DNA from: Alphaproteobacteria bacterium
GTDB taxonomy: Bacteria; Pseudomonadota; Alphaproteobacteria; 16-39-46
Reading direction: 5' to 3'
Assembly: GCA_018401675.1 (NCBI GenBank)
Contig: JAGYKM010000004.1
Span: 34,491 to 98,490 of the forward strand
Length of the DNA: 64,000 nt
Under the pieces are notes generated by a model. That model worked only from the letters and a program-made list of their open reading frames with translations. It was not told the DNA's origin and made no database searches. Below are positions 7,938-18,711 of the stretch, one piece after another. Each line of letters starts with the position of its first letter. The stretch's first letter is position 1. The position numbers and the translations under genes were made by a program.

Positions 7938-9859
7938 AAGCTTTTCCTCTCTTCCCTATAAAAGGGTAAATCGCCCTCCCTCTTTATTGACTCATCAGCC
8001 CCTTCTTCTAGGTCCTCTTGAATTTCCCCCTCTTTCTCTTTGGGATCAGAACGACTTTGAGCTGCCAGTAAGATCTTGTTCCCTATGGGCACTGCCACCC
8101 GGCCCCCATATCCGCCGTGTTCAATAACGACACATACCGCATATCTAGGCGCCTCTATGGGCGCATACCCCACAAATAAAGCGTGGTCTCTTATTTTCCA
8201 TGAAATATCTTGGTTATCTCTTACCCCTTGAGCACGCTCTTTCAAAGAGATACGTCTTACTTGTGATGTCCCCGTTTTTCCAGCCATGGCCTTATTTGGA
8301 TCTTGGATACGACCAGCGTACCCCGTTCCTCCAGGCTCGTTACAGACCGCAACCATGCCTTCAAGAACGTGGGATAAAGCTGTTTGAGAAATATCTATGG
8401 GATGCTTAGGATTCCTCGCACACTGCTCTTTTGTGTAACAAGGCTGCACTGCCATACCACCATTGCATAATCGCGCAGTCATCACCACCATCTCTAAAGG
8501 TGTAGCAAGCATAAATCCTTGACCAATGGCCGCTACCAAACTTTCTCCCAAATGCCATTTTTCCTTGAATCTTCTTTTTTTCCACGCCTTTGTGGGCATA
8601 AATCCAGTTTTTTGCCCGACAAAAGCTGAAAAATACACCTCTCCGATCCCAAATTTTTCGGCCATCTGGGCTACCTTATCAATATCAAGTCTCTTTCCAA
8701 TCTCGTAAAAAAAGACATCGCAAGAATGCTTGAGAGCGTTTTTTAAGGACATAGAGCCATGCCCGCCCTTCCTCCAATTCCAACAATGAAAAGGATGTGA
8801 TCCTAAAACCAACTGCCCCGCACATCCAAAACGCGTCTGCGGGGTACAAATTTCTGCCTCCAAAGCTGCCAAACTCACACACATCTTTAGAGCCGATCCA
8901 GGAGCGTATAAACCCGAGATTGCTTTGTTGACTAGAGGATTCAAAGGATCAAATTGCAAAGAATGCCATATCTCCTTAGAAATAGGATAGGCAAAAAGAG
9001 TGGGGTCAAAAGAAGGTTGGGATACCATGGCCAAAATCTCACCAGAATGCACATCTAGCACCACCCCTGCGGCCGCTGGAAAGACCGATAGCTCCTCCAT
9101 TAATAACCTCTGCAACTCGAGGTCCAAAGTCAACGTCACATCCGTCCCAGGGACAGCTTCCAAAGTATCTAGGTTCCGTACATACTTGCCCCGCGCGTTG
9201 ACTTCTATTTTTTGGAGGCCCACTTTCCCCCTTAACAGGGAATCAAAAGCGTGCTCAATACCGCTCTTCCCCACCCGCATATCCGCATGAAGCAATAACC
9301 TATCTCCTTCCATTTGAGCCTCACTCATAGGTCCTAAAGCCCCCATTACTGACCCAAACAGGTTTCCCTCCTGGTAAGAACGGCCCACGGCTTCTTCCAC
9401 CTGAATTCCAGGAAAATCAGTCAAGTCCATTTCTAATCGAGCAACCTCTTCCCATGAAAGATTTTCTTTCAACACCAATGACAAAAAACCAGGCCGGTGG
9501 CGGTGTTTCTTTATTAACTCTTCTAATTCATGTTCTTCTATATCAAGAAGTTGACTGAGCTTTTTTTGCCGATGTTCTGTCCAGTCTTTTTTACGGAAAG
9601 TCATATCCGGGATCGCTGTCAGTTTAAAAGTCTTTCGAGAACTGGCCAACTCATTCCCCAACCGATCCAATATTTTCCCACGGGTAGGGAGTAAAACCCG
9701 CATACCTAAGCGATTGCCTTCAGCAAGGTGAGCATAATGATCGTTTTGAAATATCTGCAAATACCCTAAACGGCCTATAAGAATTGCCATAAGCCCCACT
9801 GCCAGCAAAGCAAGCATCACCGTCCGTCGGGTTACGTTCTTCCCTTCATTGTCCTTCAT
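7934..9859 (-). CDS. mrdA: Penicillin-binding protein 2 (elongation transpeptidase)
   Basis: SxxK (PGSALK), SxN (SCD) and KTG (KTGTS) motifs, plus the PBP dimerisation domain. The track ORF extends to 9955. The likely start is MKDNEGK at about 9859, right after the mreD stop. Confidence 0.9.
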   Translation of the reverse strand: MKDNEGKNVTRRTVMLALLAVGLMAILIGRLGYLQIFQNDHYAHLAEGNRLGMRVLLPTRGKILDRLGNELASSRKTFKLTAIPDMTFRKKDWTEHRQKKLSQLLDIEEHELEELIKKHRHRPGFLSLVLKENLSWEEVARLEMDLTDFPGIQVEEAVGRSYQEGNLFGSVMGALGPMSEAQMEGDRLLLHADMRVGKSGIEHAFDSLLRGKVGLQKIEVNARGKYVRNLDTLEAVPGTDVTLTLDLELQRLLMEELSVFPAAAGVVLDVHSGEILAMVSQPSFDPTLFAYPISKEIWHSLQFDPLNPLVNKAISGLYAPGSALKMCVSLAALEAEICTPQTRFGCAGQLVLGSHPFHCWNWRKGGHGSMSLKNALKHSCDVFFYEIGKRLDIDKVAQMAEKFGIGEVYFSAFVGQKTGFMPTKAWKKRRFKEKWHLGESLVAAIGQGFMLATPLEMVVMTARLCNGGMAVQPCYTKEQCARNPKHPIDISQTALSHVLEGMVAVCNEPGGTGYAGRIQDPNKAMAGKTGTSQVRRISLKERAQGVRDNQDISWKIRDHALFVGYAPIEAPRYAVCVVIEHGGYGGRVAVPIGNKILLAAQSRSDPKEKEGEIQEDLEEGADESIKREGDLPFYREERKSL

Positions 9860-10446
9860 CCGGCCCCACTTTGAACATCCACAACCCCTCTGGGCGTTGA
9901 TCCCCCTTGGAAAATCCCACTCACAATTTTTCGGTCGCCATAACTTAATAAGCAAAATACCCCTGGATAAATGGCCACAGTAGTCAAGATAATTAAGGCC
10001 GTTCTACCCAACATAAATGGGCACCCATAGACCAAGGAGAATACCACCCCATTCATCAAAATTACTGCTGAAGCTAGTATAGAAAATGCCCCCCATATCA
10101 TGCCAAAAGGCGCTTTAATCAGAAGTCTTCTTTGGGACCAGACCAAAAATCCAAAAAAGGTCCAGATAAAGGAGGTCCAACCGAAAGGGCTTGTTTCCAT
10201 TATATCAAGCCATAAACCTAGCAAGATCAAAACTGTAAAAGAAATAAGTCGAGGACGATAGAGAGCCCAAAAAAATAAAACAGCAAGAACCACCTCAGCG
10301 GAATAGTTTGTAAAAAAACAGTTTTCTAAAAACCGAATACCCAAAGCCCCGAGAAATGTCCCCGTAGGAAAAACGTGGGCTACGGCTATCCTAAAGGCAT
10401 ATTTTTTTGACTTTTTTAAAAAAAAACGCTTCCTTTCTATCCCCAC
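9856..10446 (-). CDS. mreD: Rod shape-determining protein MreD
   Basis: Small polytopic membrane protein in the canonical position between mreC and mrdA. Confidence 0.6.
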   Translation of the reverse strand: MGIERKRFFLKKSKKYAFRIAVAHVFPTGTFLGALGIRFLENCFFTNYSAEVVLAVLFFWALYRPRLISFTVLILLGLWLDIMETSPFGWTSFIWTFFGFLVWSQRRLLIKAPFGMIWGAFSILASAVILMNGVVFSLVYGCPFMLGRTALIILTTVAIYPGVFCLLSYGDRKIVSGIFQGGSTPRGVVDVQSGAG

Positions 10447-10483
10447 TACTTTTCATATGCTCCTATACTAATTCTGGGCGACT

Positions 10484-11416
10484 TCATGAGGCCACCTCTC
10501 GTTCTCCAGCATCGGACGGAAGCGCTTCAAGTATGCCCACCACATCCAGAAGGCTAAAATCAACGTCGGGTTTTACTCGAAGAACACCCATACGATCTTT
10601 GAAAACCTTCCCTATAGGAATACGCCCATAGAATACGCCGCCTACGCCCGAGGTATATACCCTTTCTTCGTTTAGATCTTCCCCTGAGGACAAGGAGGTT
10701 TCTAATCGACTCAAGAGAGGAAAATCGCTGTAATCTCCAGACATTATCCCTTGGTACCCAGAAGGATCTAATATAATCGGGATACGTGAACGAGGATCCG
10801 TCAGCAACAACCCTCGAGAAATTTTCTTTCCCCCATCAAACACCTGCCCTACCAACCCTTTTTCTTCCACAATGATATCTTTTGGAAGTATCCCTTGGGG
10901 TTCCCCTCCTGAGATAATCACCATACGCCCATACTGATGGGGAATTTGGGCAACAACTTGTCCTATAAGCTTAAAATCATACTCTTGGTTAACGAGTATT
11001 TGTTTTAGATTGAGGGTTTTTTTTAATCTTTGATTCTCATAGGCCAACTTTCTTGAACGCGCTTCCCACACTTCCTTTTGCAGCCGCATCCCTTGGTATT
11101 TTGTAGGATCTTCCATTAACTCCAGAGCGTCCGCTACATAAAGTTTCATCTTATCTACAGCGGTCGTGCCTCGATAAACGAGACGCAGAAAAGGGGCTGA
11201 GTAATCAATGCAAGAAGATCTCACATAAGTAAAGAAAGAGATGAATAAACCGGAGCCAAAAAGAAGAAGACCCACCACAGCCATAGCTGCGAAAATCCTT
11301 CCCCTGCGTGATGTCCCTTTGTAGTGAGCAGAAAAACTCACTTTTCGCACACGTTTTCCAAGAAAATGGCGCGTTGATCGGGCAGAAACACCTATGCTTT
11401 TTTTGATTCCCGCCAT
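10484..11416 (-). CDS. mreC: Rod shape-determining protein MreC
   Basis: N-terminal TM, coiled coil and C-terminal beta domain (GGEPQGILPKDIIVEEKGLVGQV...DPRSRIPI...SGVGGVFYGRIPIG). Confidence 0.85.
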   Translation of the reverse strand: MAGIKKSIGVSARSTRHFLGKRVRKVSFSAHYKGTSRRGRIFAAMAVVGLLLFGSGLFISFFTYVRSSCIDYSAPFLRLVYRGTTAVDKMKLYVADALELMEDPTKYQGMRLQKEVWEARSRKLAYENQRLKKTLNLKQILVNQEYDFKLIGQVVAQIPHQYGRMVIISGGEPQGILPKDIIVEEKGLVGQVFDGGKKISRGLLLTDPRSRIPIILDPSGYQGIMSGDYSDFPLLSRLETSLSSGEDLNEERVYTSGVGGVFYGRIPIGKVFKDRMGVLRVKPDVDFSLLDVVGILEALPSDAGEREVAS

Positions 11417-11449
11417 TTCACTACCAACTAGGTTACAAGAAAACCGGTA

Positions 11450-12487
<1,038 letters not shown>

Positions 12488-12636
12488 TTATAATTCCTCT
12501 TTATTTACACCTTAACGTTAAACCCTCTAACCTATAAATAACTTAGCTAAAGACTAAACAGTTCGTATTTTGATACGTGCTTTTCAATGAAATGGCAAGG
12601 ATCACCTCAGCTTCTTGAAAAAAACCACCCCTCGGG

Positions 12637-13314
12637 TCAAGAATTCTTATTTTCTTGAAGAGCCTTCTTTCTTACACGTCTTTTCTTAACGTGATGACGG
12701 CCCAAAAAGAAAATGGCGACCATCAACACAATAATCAACAGACCTATTCCCAAATAGATTTGATAGTCATGAAACCTTGAAATAAGTTTTTCGATAGCAG
12801 TAGCACATACATAACCCACACAACTCACCGTAACGGCCCAAAAAGCCGCCGAAGTCACTGTTAGAATGGTATACCTTCTGATAGACAGACCGCTGGCACC
12901 CACCACCATAGGGGTTAGCGTCCGCAACCCATACACAAATCTGAATCCCATTATAAGCCAGTAGTCATACTTCTTCAAAAGACGAAAAACCCTTTGAGAT
13001 TTCTTTTCCAAAGCCTCAGAACGCCTCAAAAAGAAAGTGAGACCCCGACGTCCAGCAAAATAAAGAAGCTGATCATGAATAATAGCTCCCACAAAAGATA
13101 CAAGAATCACAAGCGGTAAGGACAAATACCCAAAATAGGCCATGCCTCCTCCGAGCAAGAGAACACTTTCCCCTTCCAACAAAGCACCCAGTATTAAGAT
13201 TGGGTACCCATATTCTTGCAAAAGACAATCCATCCTATTTTCCTTTTTCTCGTGCCGATTTTCGATAAATGCTAAGAGACCGTCTTTAGTTTCCTTGCCC
13301 CCCAACCTCTTCAA
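12637..13314 (-). CDS. DedA/SNARE-associated family membrane protein
   Basis: EYGYPILILGALLEGESVLLLGG...RFVYGLRTL signature of the DedA family. The start is probably the internal Met (MDCLLQEYGY). Confidence 0.7.
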   Translation of the reverse strand: MKRLGGKETKDGLLAFIENRHEKKENRMDCLLQEYGYPILILGALLEGESVLLLGGGMAYFGYLSLPLVILVSFVGAIIHDQLLYFAGRRGLTFFLRRSEALEKKSQRVFRLLKKYDYWLIMGFRFVYGLRTLTPMVVGASGLSIRRYTILTVTSAAFWAVTVSCVGYVCATAIEKLISRFHDYQIYLGIGLLIIVLMVAIFFLGRHHVKKRRVRKKALQENKNS

Positions 13315-13437
13315 ACCTGAAGGAAGTTAAAAAAATAGATCCTTAAGCCTCTCACTATGACTTTGTCTTTCCTAGAAAACAACACGTCATTTCAATTTAC
13401 AATCCGTACCCATTGGTTTTTCTCATGGAAATTCCGC

Positions 13438-13827
13438 TTATGGGACCATAACCACCTCTTCTCCTGGATCCACAATTTCGATAACACCCGCCCAGTTACA
13501 CATCAATATAGAAGTATTCGCCAAGGCAGGGAAGCCCTTAATGGTCACCGTAGGCGCACCAGCTATCCAAGGAGCGCTCGTGGCCGGTATGCAAGGCATT
13601 GGCGTTAATACACCTAAAGCCGCTGCCGTCGCTGCCGCAACCTCAGGATTCGCCAGACTGATACACATTGCAAAGGGCATAACATTCACCATAGGTGCAT
13701 GATCCATAATGGTGGCTGCAGGCAATCCGTTTGTGGTGGTTTCATTTACAGGCAGCACCGTAAGAACGCTTGGGGCCGTACCCATACTACAAGTACACTG
13801 GGCCGACATACAGGTTGCAATTGGCAT
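13438..13827 (-). CDS. DUF4280-type PAAR-like small protein (spike-tip-like domain)
   Basis: 129 aa. CMSAQCTCSMGTAPSVLTVLP...PFAMCISLANP.VAAAT...PCIPA..WIAGAPTVTIKGFPAL...C pattern with the GAP and PAL motifs I recall for DUF4280. No T6SS or eCIS genes in the window. Confidence 0.45.
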   Translation of the reverse strand: MPIATCMSAQCTCSMGTAPSVLTVLPVNETTTNGLPAATIMDHAPMVNVMPFAMCISLANPEVAAATAAALGVLTPMPCIPATSAPWIAGAPTVTIKGFPALANTSILMCNWAGVIEIVDPGEEVVMVP

Positions 13828-13829
13828 TA

Positions 13830-14396
13830 TTAATCCTCCCTTATTTCTTCTTTACCGAATTGAGTCCTTCTTAGCTCTTCTGAACTATCGAGAGCCCGAC
13901 GTTTTTCTTCGAAACGCCTCGCCAGTTCTCGCTTCTTATTTTTATAAGCACGGCGGTGTTTCAAGGAGTTTTTGTCTACCCACATTTTATGAGCCTGTTC
14001 TACCTCACTCCTTATTCTATTTACTTCTAAAGGGAGGTTCACCTTAGTAGAATTATCTTTCGTTCCATCAATCTTCGGTATTAAACGATCTTCCGCTTTT
14101 TCTTTTAAAAATCCGTCTTCTCTAAGAGGTCTCTTTTCGATGTCACGATGTATAGCCGCCTCTGTTCCTACTACTCGACCCTCAACCACAGTAAGTTCTT
14201 CACGGCATTTATCAGAAACTTTTTCATCACCAAAGAAGGCTTCTTTGCATGTAGGGATATCTCCCAACGCATACAAATGTTTATTTCTGTCTTCTACCTT
14301 CAGTCCTACCGGTGCAACTTCTATTCCTTCCACTGAGAATGAAATGAGTCCAATACTTATAGCCACCAAAGATAATAGCCCCTTTATTCTGCTCAC
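13830..14396 (-). CDS. Secreted hypothetical protein, immediately upstream of and co-oriented with the PAAR-like gene
   Basis: Signal peptide (MSRIKGLLSLVAISIGLISFS). Charged, coiled-coil-like C-terminus. The stop is 3 nt before the PAAR-like start. Confidence 0.45.
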   Translation of the reverse strand: MSRIKGLLSLVAISIGLISFSVEGIEVAPVGLKVEDRNKHLYALGDIPTCKEAFFGDEKVSDKCREELTVVEGRVVGTEAAIHRDIEKRPLREDGFLKEKAEDRLIPKIDGTKDNSTKVNLPLEVNRIRSEVEQAHKMWVDKNSLKHRRAYKNKKRELARRFEEKRRALDSSEELRRTQFGKEEIRED

Positions 14397-14480
14397 TTTT
14401 TCAAACTCCTTTGCTAGCGACGATCTGACTCAGTTATACCCCATTCGAATCAATGGCTCCACCATAATTCTTCAGCCTTT

Positions 14481-16328
14481 TTAAGCCATTGTAAGATTTC
14501 TTGATTGAGACTTAACGCCTATTTCACCTCCAACCCCACTGAAACACGCATCTTCTATAATCATTTGGACTTTTTCACGCCCTTGCCATGTGTCCACCCG
14601 GACAGTGCCCACCACGTCCATAGGCCTCTCAGTTCTCCCTCGCAAAAGCGCTTCTCCCAAGGGCGTCTGGCCAGCACGAAAGGCCATGGCCTCCAGGCAA
14701 GTGCCGTCTTCTCCTTGAAGGCGAACCCGCACATGGGTGTTTTGAATCAGTTGGGGAGCAGTAATGTGAAGCCGGCTCAATAATAAACGAGGGGTAGAGT
14801 TCCCCATGCCAAAGGGGCCCAAAGCTTCAAGAGATTTTATAAAAGGAACACTTATTCCCTTTAAGCTCAACATCCCATCCACGCTCAACTGTGGAATCTC
14901 CAATCCTCCACCTTCTTGAACTGTTTGACATAAAAACGCCACCAGTTCATTTTCTTTTTCTTGAAGAATGGTAAACCCAATAGCCATGGAATGACCACCG
15001 CCATCTATCAAAAGATCTTTTGCTTTTGCCTCGTGGATAAGTCGACCTAGGTTAATACCTGATACCGATCGCCCCGATGCTTTGCCTACACCATTCTCAT
15101 AGGCAATAACACAAGTGGGCCGGTGAAAGCGCTCTTTCAGGCGTCCTGCGATAATGCCAATAACCCCTCCATGCCACCCCTCCCCAGATACCACCAGGAC
15201 TTCCGGCATTTGATCGGGTGTTCCGTAGCGCTTTTCAAGATCTTGGGAAATATCTTTAAACAGAGCCGTTTCAATTTCTTGTCGTTCACGGTTTAAGCTA
15301 TCGCCTTGCATAGCTAAAGCATAGGCTTCTTGCTCGCTCTCAGTGGACAACAACCGTGTGCCCAATGTACTCTCTCCAATGCGCCCCCCTGCATTAATGC
15401 GAGGCCCCAAAATGAAACCCAAATGATAGGCGGTAATCTCATTTTCTAAAGACGCCACTTGAGATAAAGCCGTCAGTCCTTTATTCGATTTTCTATTAAG
15501 AATCTTAAGCCCTTGGGTCACAAAAACCCGATTTATCCCCGTTAGCGAAACCACATCGCATACCGTTCCTAAGGCCACCAAATCTAAGAGCTCTCTCAAA
15601 TCTGGTTCTGCCAGGTTATGAACTTTGTACCACCCCGTCTCTCTGAGTCTTTGATTAAGCCCTACCAGGAATAAAAAAGTCATGCCAACGGCTGCCATGT
15701 GGCCATACATCTGCGTTATATTGGTCGTCTCTTCAGGTTGATTGGGATTAATTAACGCACAAGTGGGTGGCACACTTTCTGAGGTTAAATGATGATCTAT
15801 CACAATCACATCAATCCCACATTTTTGGGCATAGTCTAAAGGCTCAAAAGAAGCTGTCCCACAATCCAGGGTCAATACAACTTTGATGCCCTGCTCATTA
15901 AAGGTTTTGAAAATAGATGTTTTAGGACCATATCCTTCTTTAAAACGATCCGGTATATAAAACTGGATCTCTACCCCTAGTTTTCTAAAAAAACGTATCA
16001 TAAGAGCGGTGGAAGTGGCCCCATCCACATCATAATCTCCCAATACCATAATGGGCTCACCACCCTCCAGCGCACGAATAATCCGATCTACCCCTTCCTT
16101 CATCCCCTTAAATGAAAAAGGGTTGGGTAATTGATCTTTCAAAGAAGGGGACAAAAATCTCTCAATTTTGTTTATGTCGTCGAACCCCCGTGCCACCAGT
16201 ATACGACTGACCAAGTCACTTACGCCCAATCTTTGCGACACTGAAAGAGCAAACCGTTCATCCAAAACGGGCAACGTCCATCTCTGGCCTTTAAGCGATT
16301 TTTGGGAGTCTTGACTATCTGAATTCAT
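14481..16328 (-). CDS. recJ: Single-stranded-DNA-specific exonuclease RecJ
   Basis: DHH motifs (VLGDYDVDGATS, DHH) and DHHA1 domain. Correct length. Confidence 0.9.
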   Translation of the reverse strand: MNSDSQDSQKSLKGQRWTLPVLDERFALSVSQRLGVSDLVSRILVARGFDDINKIERFLSPSLKDQLPNPFSFKGMKEGVDRIIRALEGGEPIMVLGDYDVDGATSTALMIRFFRKLGVEIQFYIPDRFKEGYGPKTSIFKTFNEQGIKVVLTLDCGTASFEPLDYAQKCGIDVIVIDHHLTSESVPPTCALINPNQPEETTNITQMYGHMAAVGMTFLFLVGLNQRLRETGWYKVHNLAEPDLRELLDLVALGTVCDVVSLTGINRVFVTQGLKILNRKSNKGLTALSQVASLENEITAYHLGFILGPRINAGGRIGESTLGTRLLSTESEQEAYALAMQGDSLNRERQEIETALFKDISQDLEKRYGTPDQMPEVLVVSGEGWHGGVIGIIAGRLKERFHRPTCVIAYENGVGKASGRSVSGINLGRLIHEAKAKDLLIDGGGHSMAIGFTILQEKENELVAFLCQTVQEGGGLEIPQLSVDGMLSLKGISVPFIKSLEALGPFGMGNSTPRLLLSRLHITAPQLIQNTHVRVRLQGEDGTCLEAMAFRAGQTPLGEALLRGRTERPMDVVGTVRVDTWQGREKVQMIIEDACFSGVGGEIGVKSQSRNLTMA

Positions 16329-16822
16329 AAAGGTTGATCTTTCTCATACTGGCACCATAGCTTCTGAGCTCTGTTCTCAAAAGCGTCCATCATAGTGACC
16401 ATAAGCCCATCCATTTTACAACCCACCAGTCCCGTCAATAGGGCGGACTGGAGCTTAAAATGAACCTCAAAATGAACCACCGTTATATCAGGGGTTTTTT
16501 GGATGAAACGCCATTGGCTGTTTAAAAATTCTAAGATACCTCCTGATTCAAAGATCAAAGTACTCCGAATAGATTCCCCTTGCACGCACACCACTTGAGA
16601 TGGGTAGGTGACTTGAAAGAGGCCAGATCCTAAGGTTAAATCAGCACAAAAAGAATGGTCATCCCCTCCTTCTCTTATCAACGCTTTGTGACACTTTGGA
16701 ACAAATTCTGGATAGGAAGAGACATCTTTGACAAGGGTGAATAAAAACTCTTTGGGAAACCCTATTTCTCGAGACCCCCTTTTATAAATGCCCAATGCTC
16801 TGTCTGCAGATTCGTGCTTCAT
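16325..16822 (-). CDS. SRPBCC-family protein (COQ10/RatA-like polyketide-cyclase fold)
   Basis: 165 aa with an SRPBCC-like pattern. Overlaps the recJ start by 4 nt. Lies next to lipA, as is common in alphaproteobacteria. Confidence 0.6.
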   Translation of the reverse strand: MKHESADRALGIYKRGSREIGFPKEFLFTLVKDVSSYPEFVPKCHKALIREGGDDHSFCADLTLGSGLFQVTYPSQVVCVQGESIRSTLIFESGGILEFLNSQWRFIQKTPDITVVHFEVHFKLQSALLTGLVGCKMDGLMVTMMDAFENRAQKLWCQYEKDQPL

Positions 16823-17186
16823 ATGCGCCCTATTATTTACTTATCCCCACAAAACCCTCCCTGGATTGCCAAAAAGACTCCGTCTTTTCTGCCCTGGGAC
16901 AATCCACCCCCAATCATACCTCAAATATCTTGTCTTTTATCTATTCTAGCCCAGACAACCTACCATACCGCCTTCCAGCCTATTGATCAAATAGTGCACC
17001 CATCCCACAGGTCTTACACTGAGGCAATGGGTTCCAACAAAGTAGACAGACGGGGAAGTCTCTTCTTTTTATCTTTTGAATAGGGTTTTCCCCTCATTAC
17101 CCAGCTTGATTATCCAAAAATAGTTTTTTCTTTTGTTAATAGTTAGGCTATACTAAAAAAAACAATAAGAAGAAAGGAACTCTTTT

Positions 17187-17420
17187 ATGAACGCAAAATT
17201 TCTATTAGGCCTCCCTTGTGCGAGTTTTGTTTTTGCTCTGCTTGTGGTCGTCATTCCCGATACGAGCGAATCATCGGACGCTTATAACGACTTCATGGTA
17301 TGTCAAAGCAGACAACAGTGTCAGAAAGTAGGTGACAGTTCTAACGGCGTAGCCCCTAAAGCCCTAGACTCTAATACCGTGACAGAAGCTTATAATCATG
17401 CTCATTCCTCAACTTCGTAA
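17187..17420 (+). CDS. Small secreted protein, hypothetical
   Basis: Signal peptide MNAKFLLGLPCASFVFALLVVV. Cys-containing mature part. Confidence 0.3.
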   Translation: MNAKFLLGLPCASFVFALLVVVIPDTSESSDAYNDFMVCQSRQQCQKVGDSSNGVAPKALDSNTVTEAYNHAHSSTS

Positions 17421-17433
17421 ATGGAACAATGAA

Positions 17434-17676
17434 ATGAATAAACACTTTTCTTTGCCCTTAGCCTTTTTAGGATTAAGTTTTTCAATTTGGGTGTCTTTTT
17501 CTCCAACTTGGGGAACAAAAACCGAACCTGTTCCTCGTGCGTCTACCAATGTGTCTCCCGGTAAAGAAGCTGACCTAGCCAGCGCAAGTACCTCAGAACC
17601 CCTCGCATATGAGCTTGAGTCTTGCTCAAACACACAAAACTGTGGAGCTATAGGCATGCAAGGACGCGACCACTAG
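17434..17676 (+). CDS. Small secreted/lipoprotein-like protein, hypothetical
   Basis: Internal start MNKHFSLPLAFLGLSFSIWVSF (signal peptide). Ser/Thr/Cys-rich mature part. Confidence 0.3.
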   Translation: MNKHFSLPLAFLGLSFSIWVSFSPTWGTKTEPVPRASTNVSPGKEADLASASTSEPLAYELESCSNTQNCGAIGMQGRDH

Positions 17677-17682
17677 AGCGCC

Positions 17683-18633
17683 TTACGGAGCAGTCCGCCG
17701 TCTTGATTCCTTTAGCTTCTGGAAATCTTCCCCCGCATGGTAGGAAGAACGGGTAAGGGCAGAACAAGAGACCATCTGGAATCCTTTACCCCACGCCATT
17801 TTCTCATAGTCCTTGAACTCTTCTGGAGGAATATATCTAACCACGGGATGATGGCTGGGCGTGGGACGCAAATACTGTCCAATGGTTAAAAAATCCACAT
17901 CCGCGGAACGCAAATCATCCATTACTTGATAAAGCTCTTGCCGGGTTTCTCCTAAACCCACCATTAACCCAGACTTAGTAAACAAAGTGGGGTTTTTCTG
18001 CTTGGCTTGAGCCAGCAACTGCAAAGAATTAAAGTACCGAGCCCCGGGACGCACACTCGGATATAACCGGGGAATGGTCTCAAGATTGTGGTTAAACACA
18101 TCGGGAGCTGATTGCAAAATAATATCCAAAGCGCCTTTTTTTCCTCGAAAATCAGGGGTCAGAATCTCTATAGTGGTGTTAGGCGCTTGGGCCTTGATAG
18201 ATTCTATGACCCTTTTAAAATGGTCGGCCCCTCCATCGTCTAAATCATCTCGGTCCACTGAAGTGATCACAATGTGGGCCAAACCCAACTGTTGGGCCGC
18301 CCGTCCCACTTGTTCCGGCTCATGAGGATCTAATTGATCGGGACGTCCGGTTTTAATATTACAAAAGGCACAAGCACGGGTACAGACACTGCCTAAAATC
18401 ATCACTGTCGCGTGTTTCTTAGCCCAACATTCTCCAATATTTGGGCACGCGGCTTCCTCGCACACTGTGTTGAGCTTCAGGTCTTTAATGAGTTTTCTGG
18501 TATCGTGATAAGCCTGACTCACAGGCGCACGAACGCGTATCCACGACGGTTTTTTATCCCCCCCGTCTTGTAGACGCACCTCGTCAACGGTCTTTTGGTC
18601 TTCAAGTCTTACCCTTTGAACGTTGGTCGTCAT
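17683..18633 (-). CDS. lipA: Lipoyl synthase
   Basis: Both Cys clusters ([12 protein letters not shown] and CTRACAFC). Radical-SAM core. Confidence 0.95.
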   Translation of the reverse strand: MTTNVQRVRLEDQKTVDEVRLQDGGDKKPSWIRVRAPVSQAYHDTRKLIKDLKLNTVCEEAACPNIGECWAKKHATVMILGSVCTRACAFCNIKTGRPDQLDPHEPEQVGRAAQQLGLAHIVITSVDRDDLDDGGADHFKRVIESIKAQAPNTTIEILTPDFRGKKGALDIILQSAPDVFNHNLETIPRLYPSVRPGARYFNSLQLLAQAKQKNPTLFTKSGLMVGLGETRQELYQVMDDLRSADVDFLTIGQYLRPTPSHHPVVRYIPPEEFKDYEKMAWGKGFQMVSCSALTRSSYHAGEDFQKLKESRRRTAP

Positions 18634-18711
18634 AAATAATACCTCCTCAGGCTCTTGAGAGGATAAAAACCCCTCTTCTTGACTTCCCTCAAATAACAGT
18701 GAAGTGTTCTT

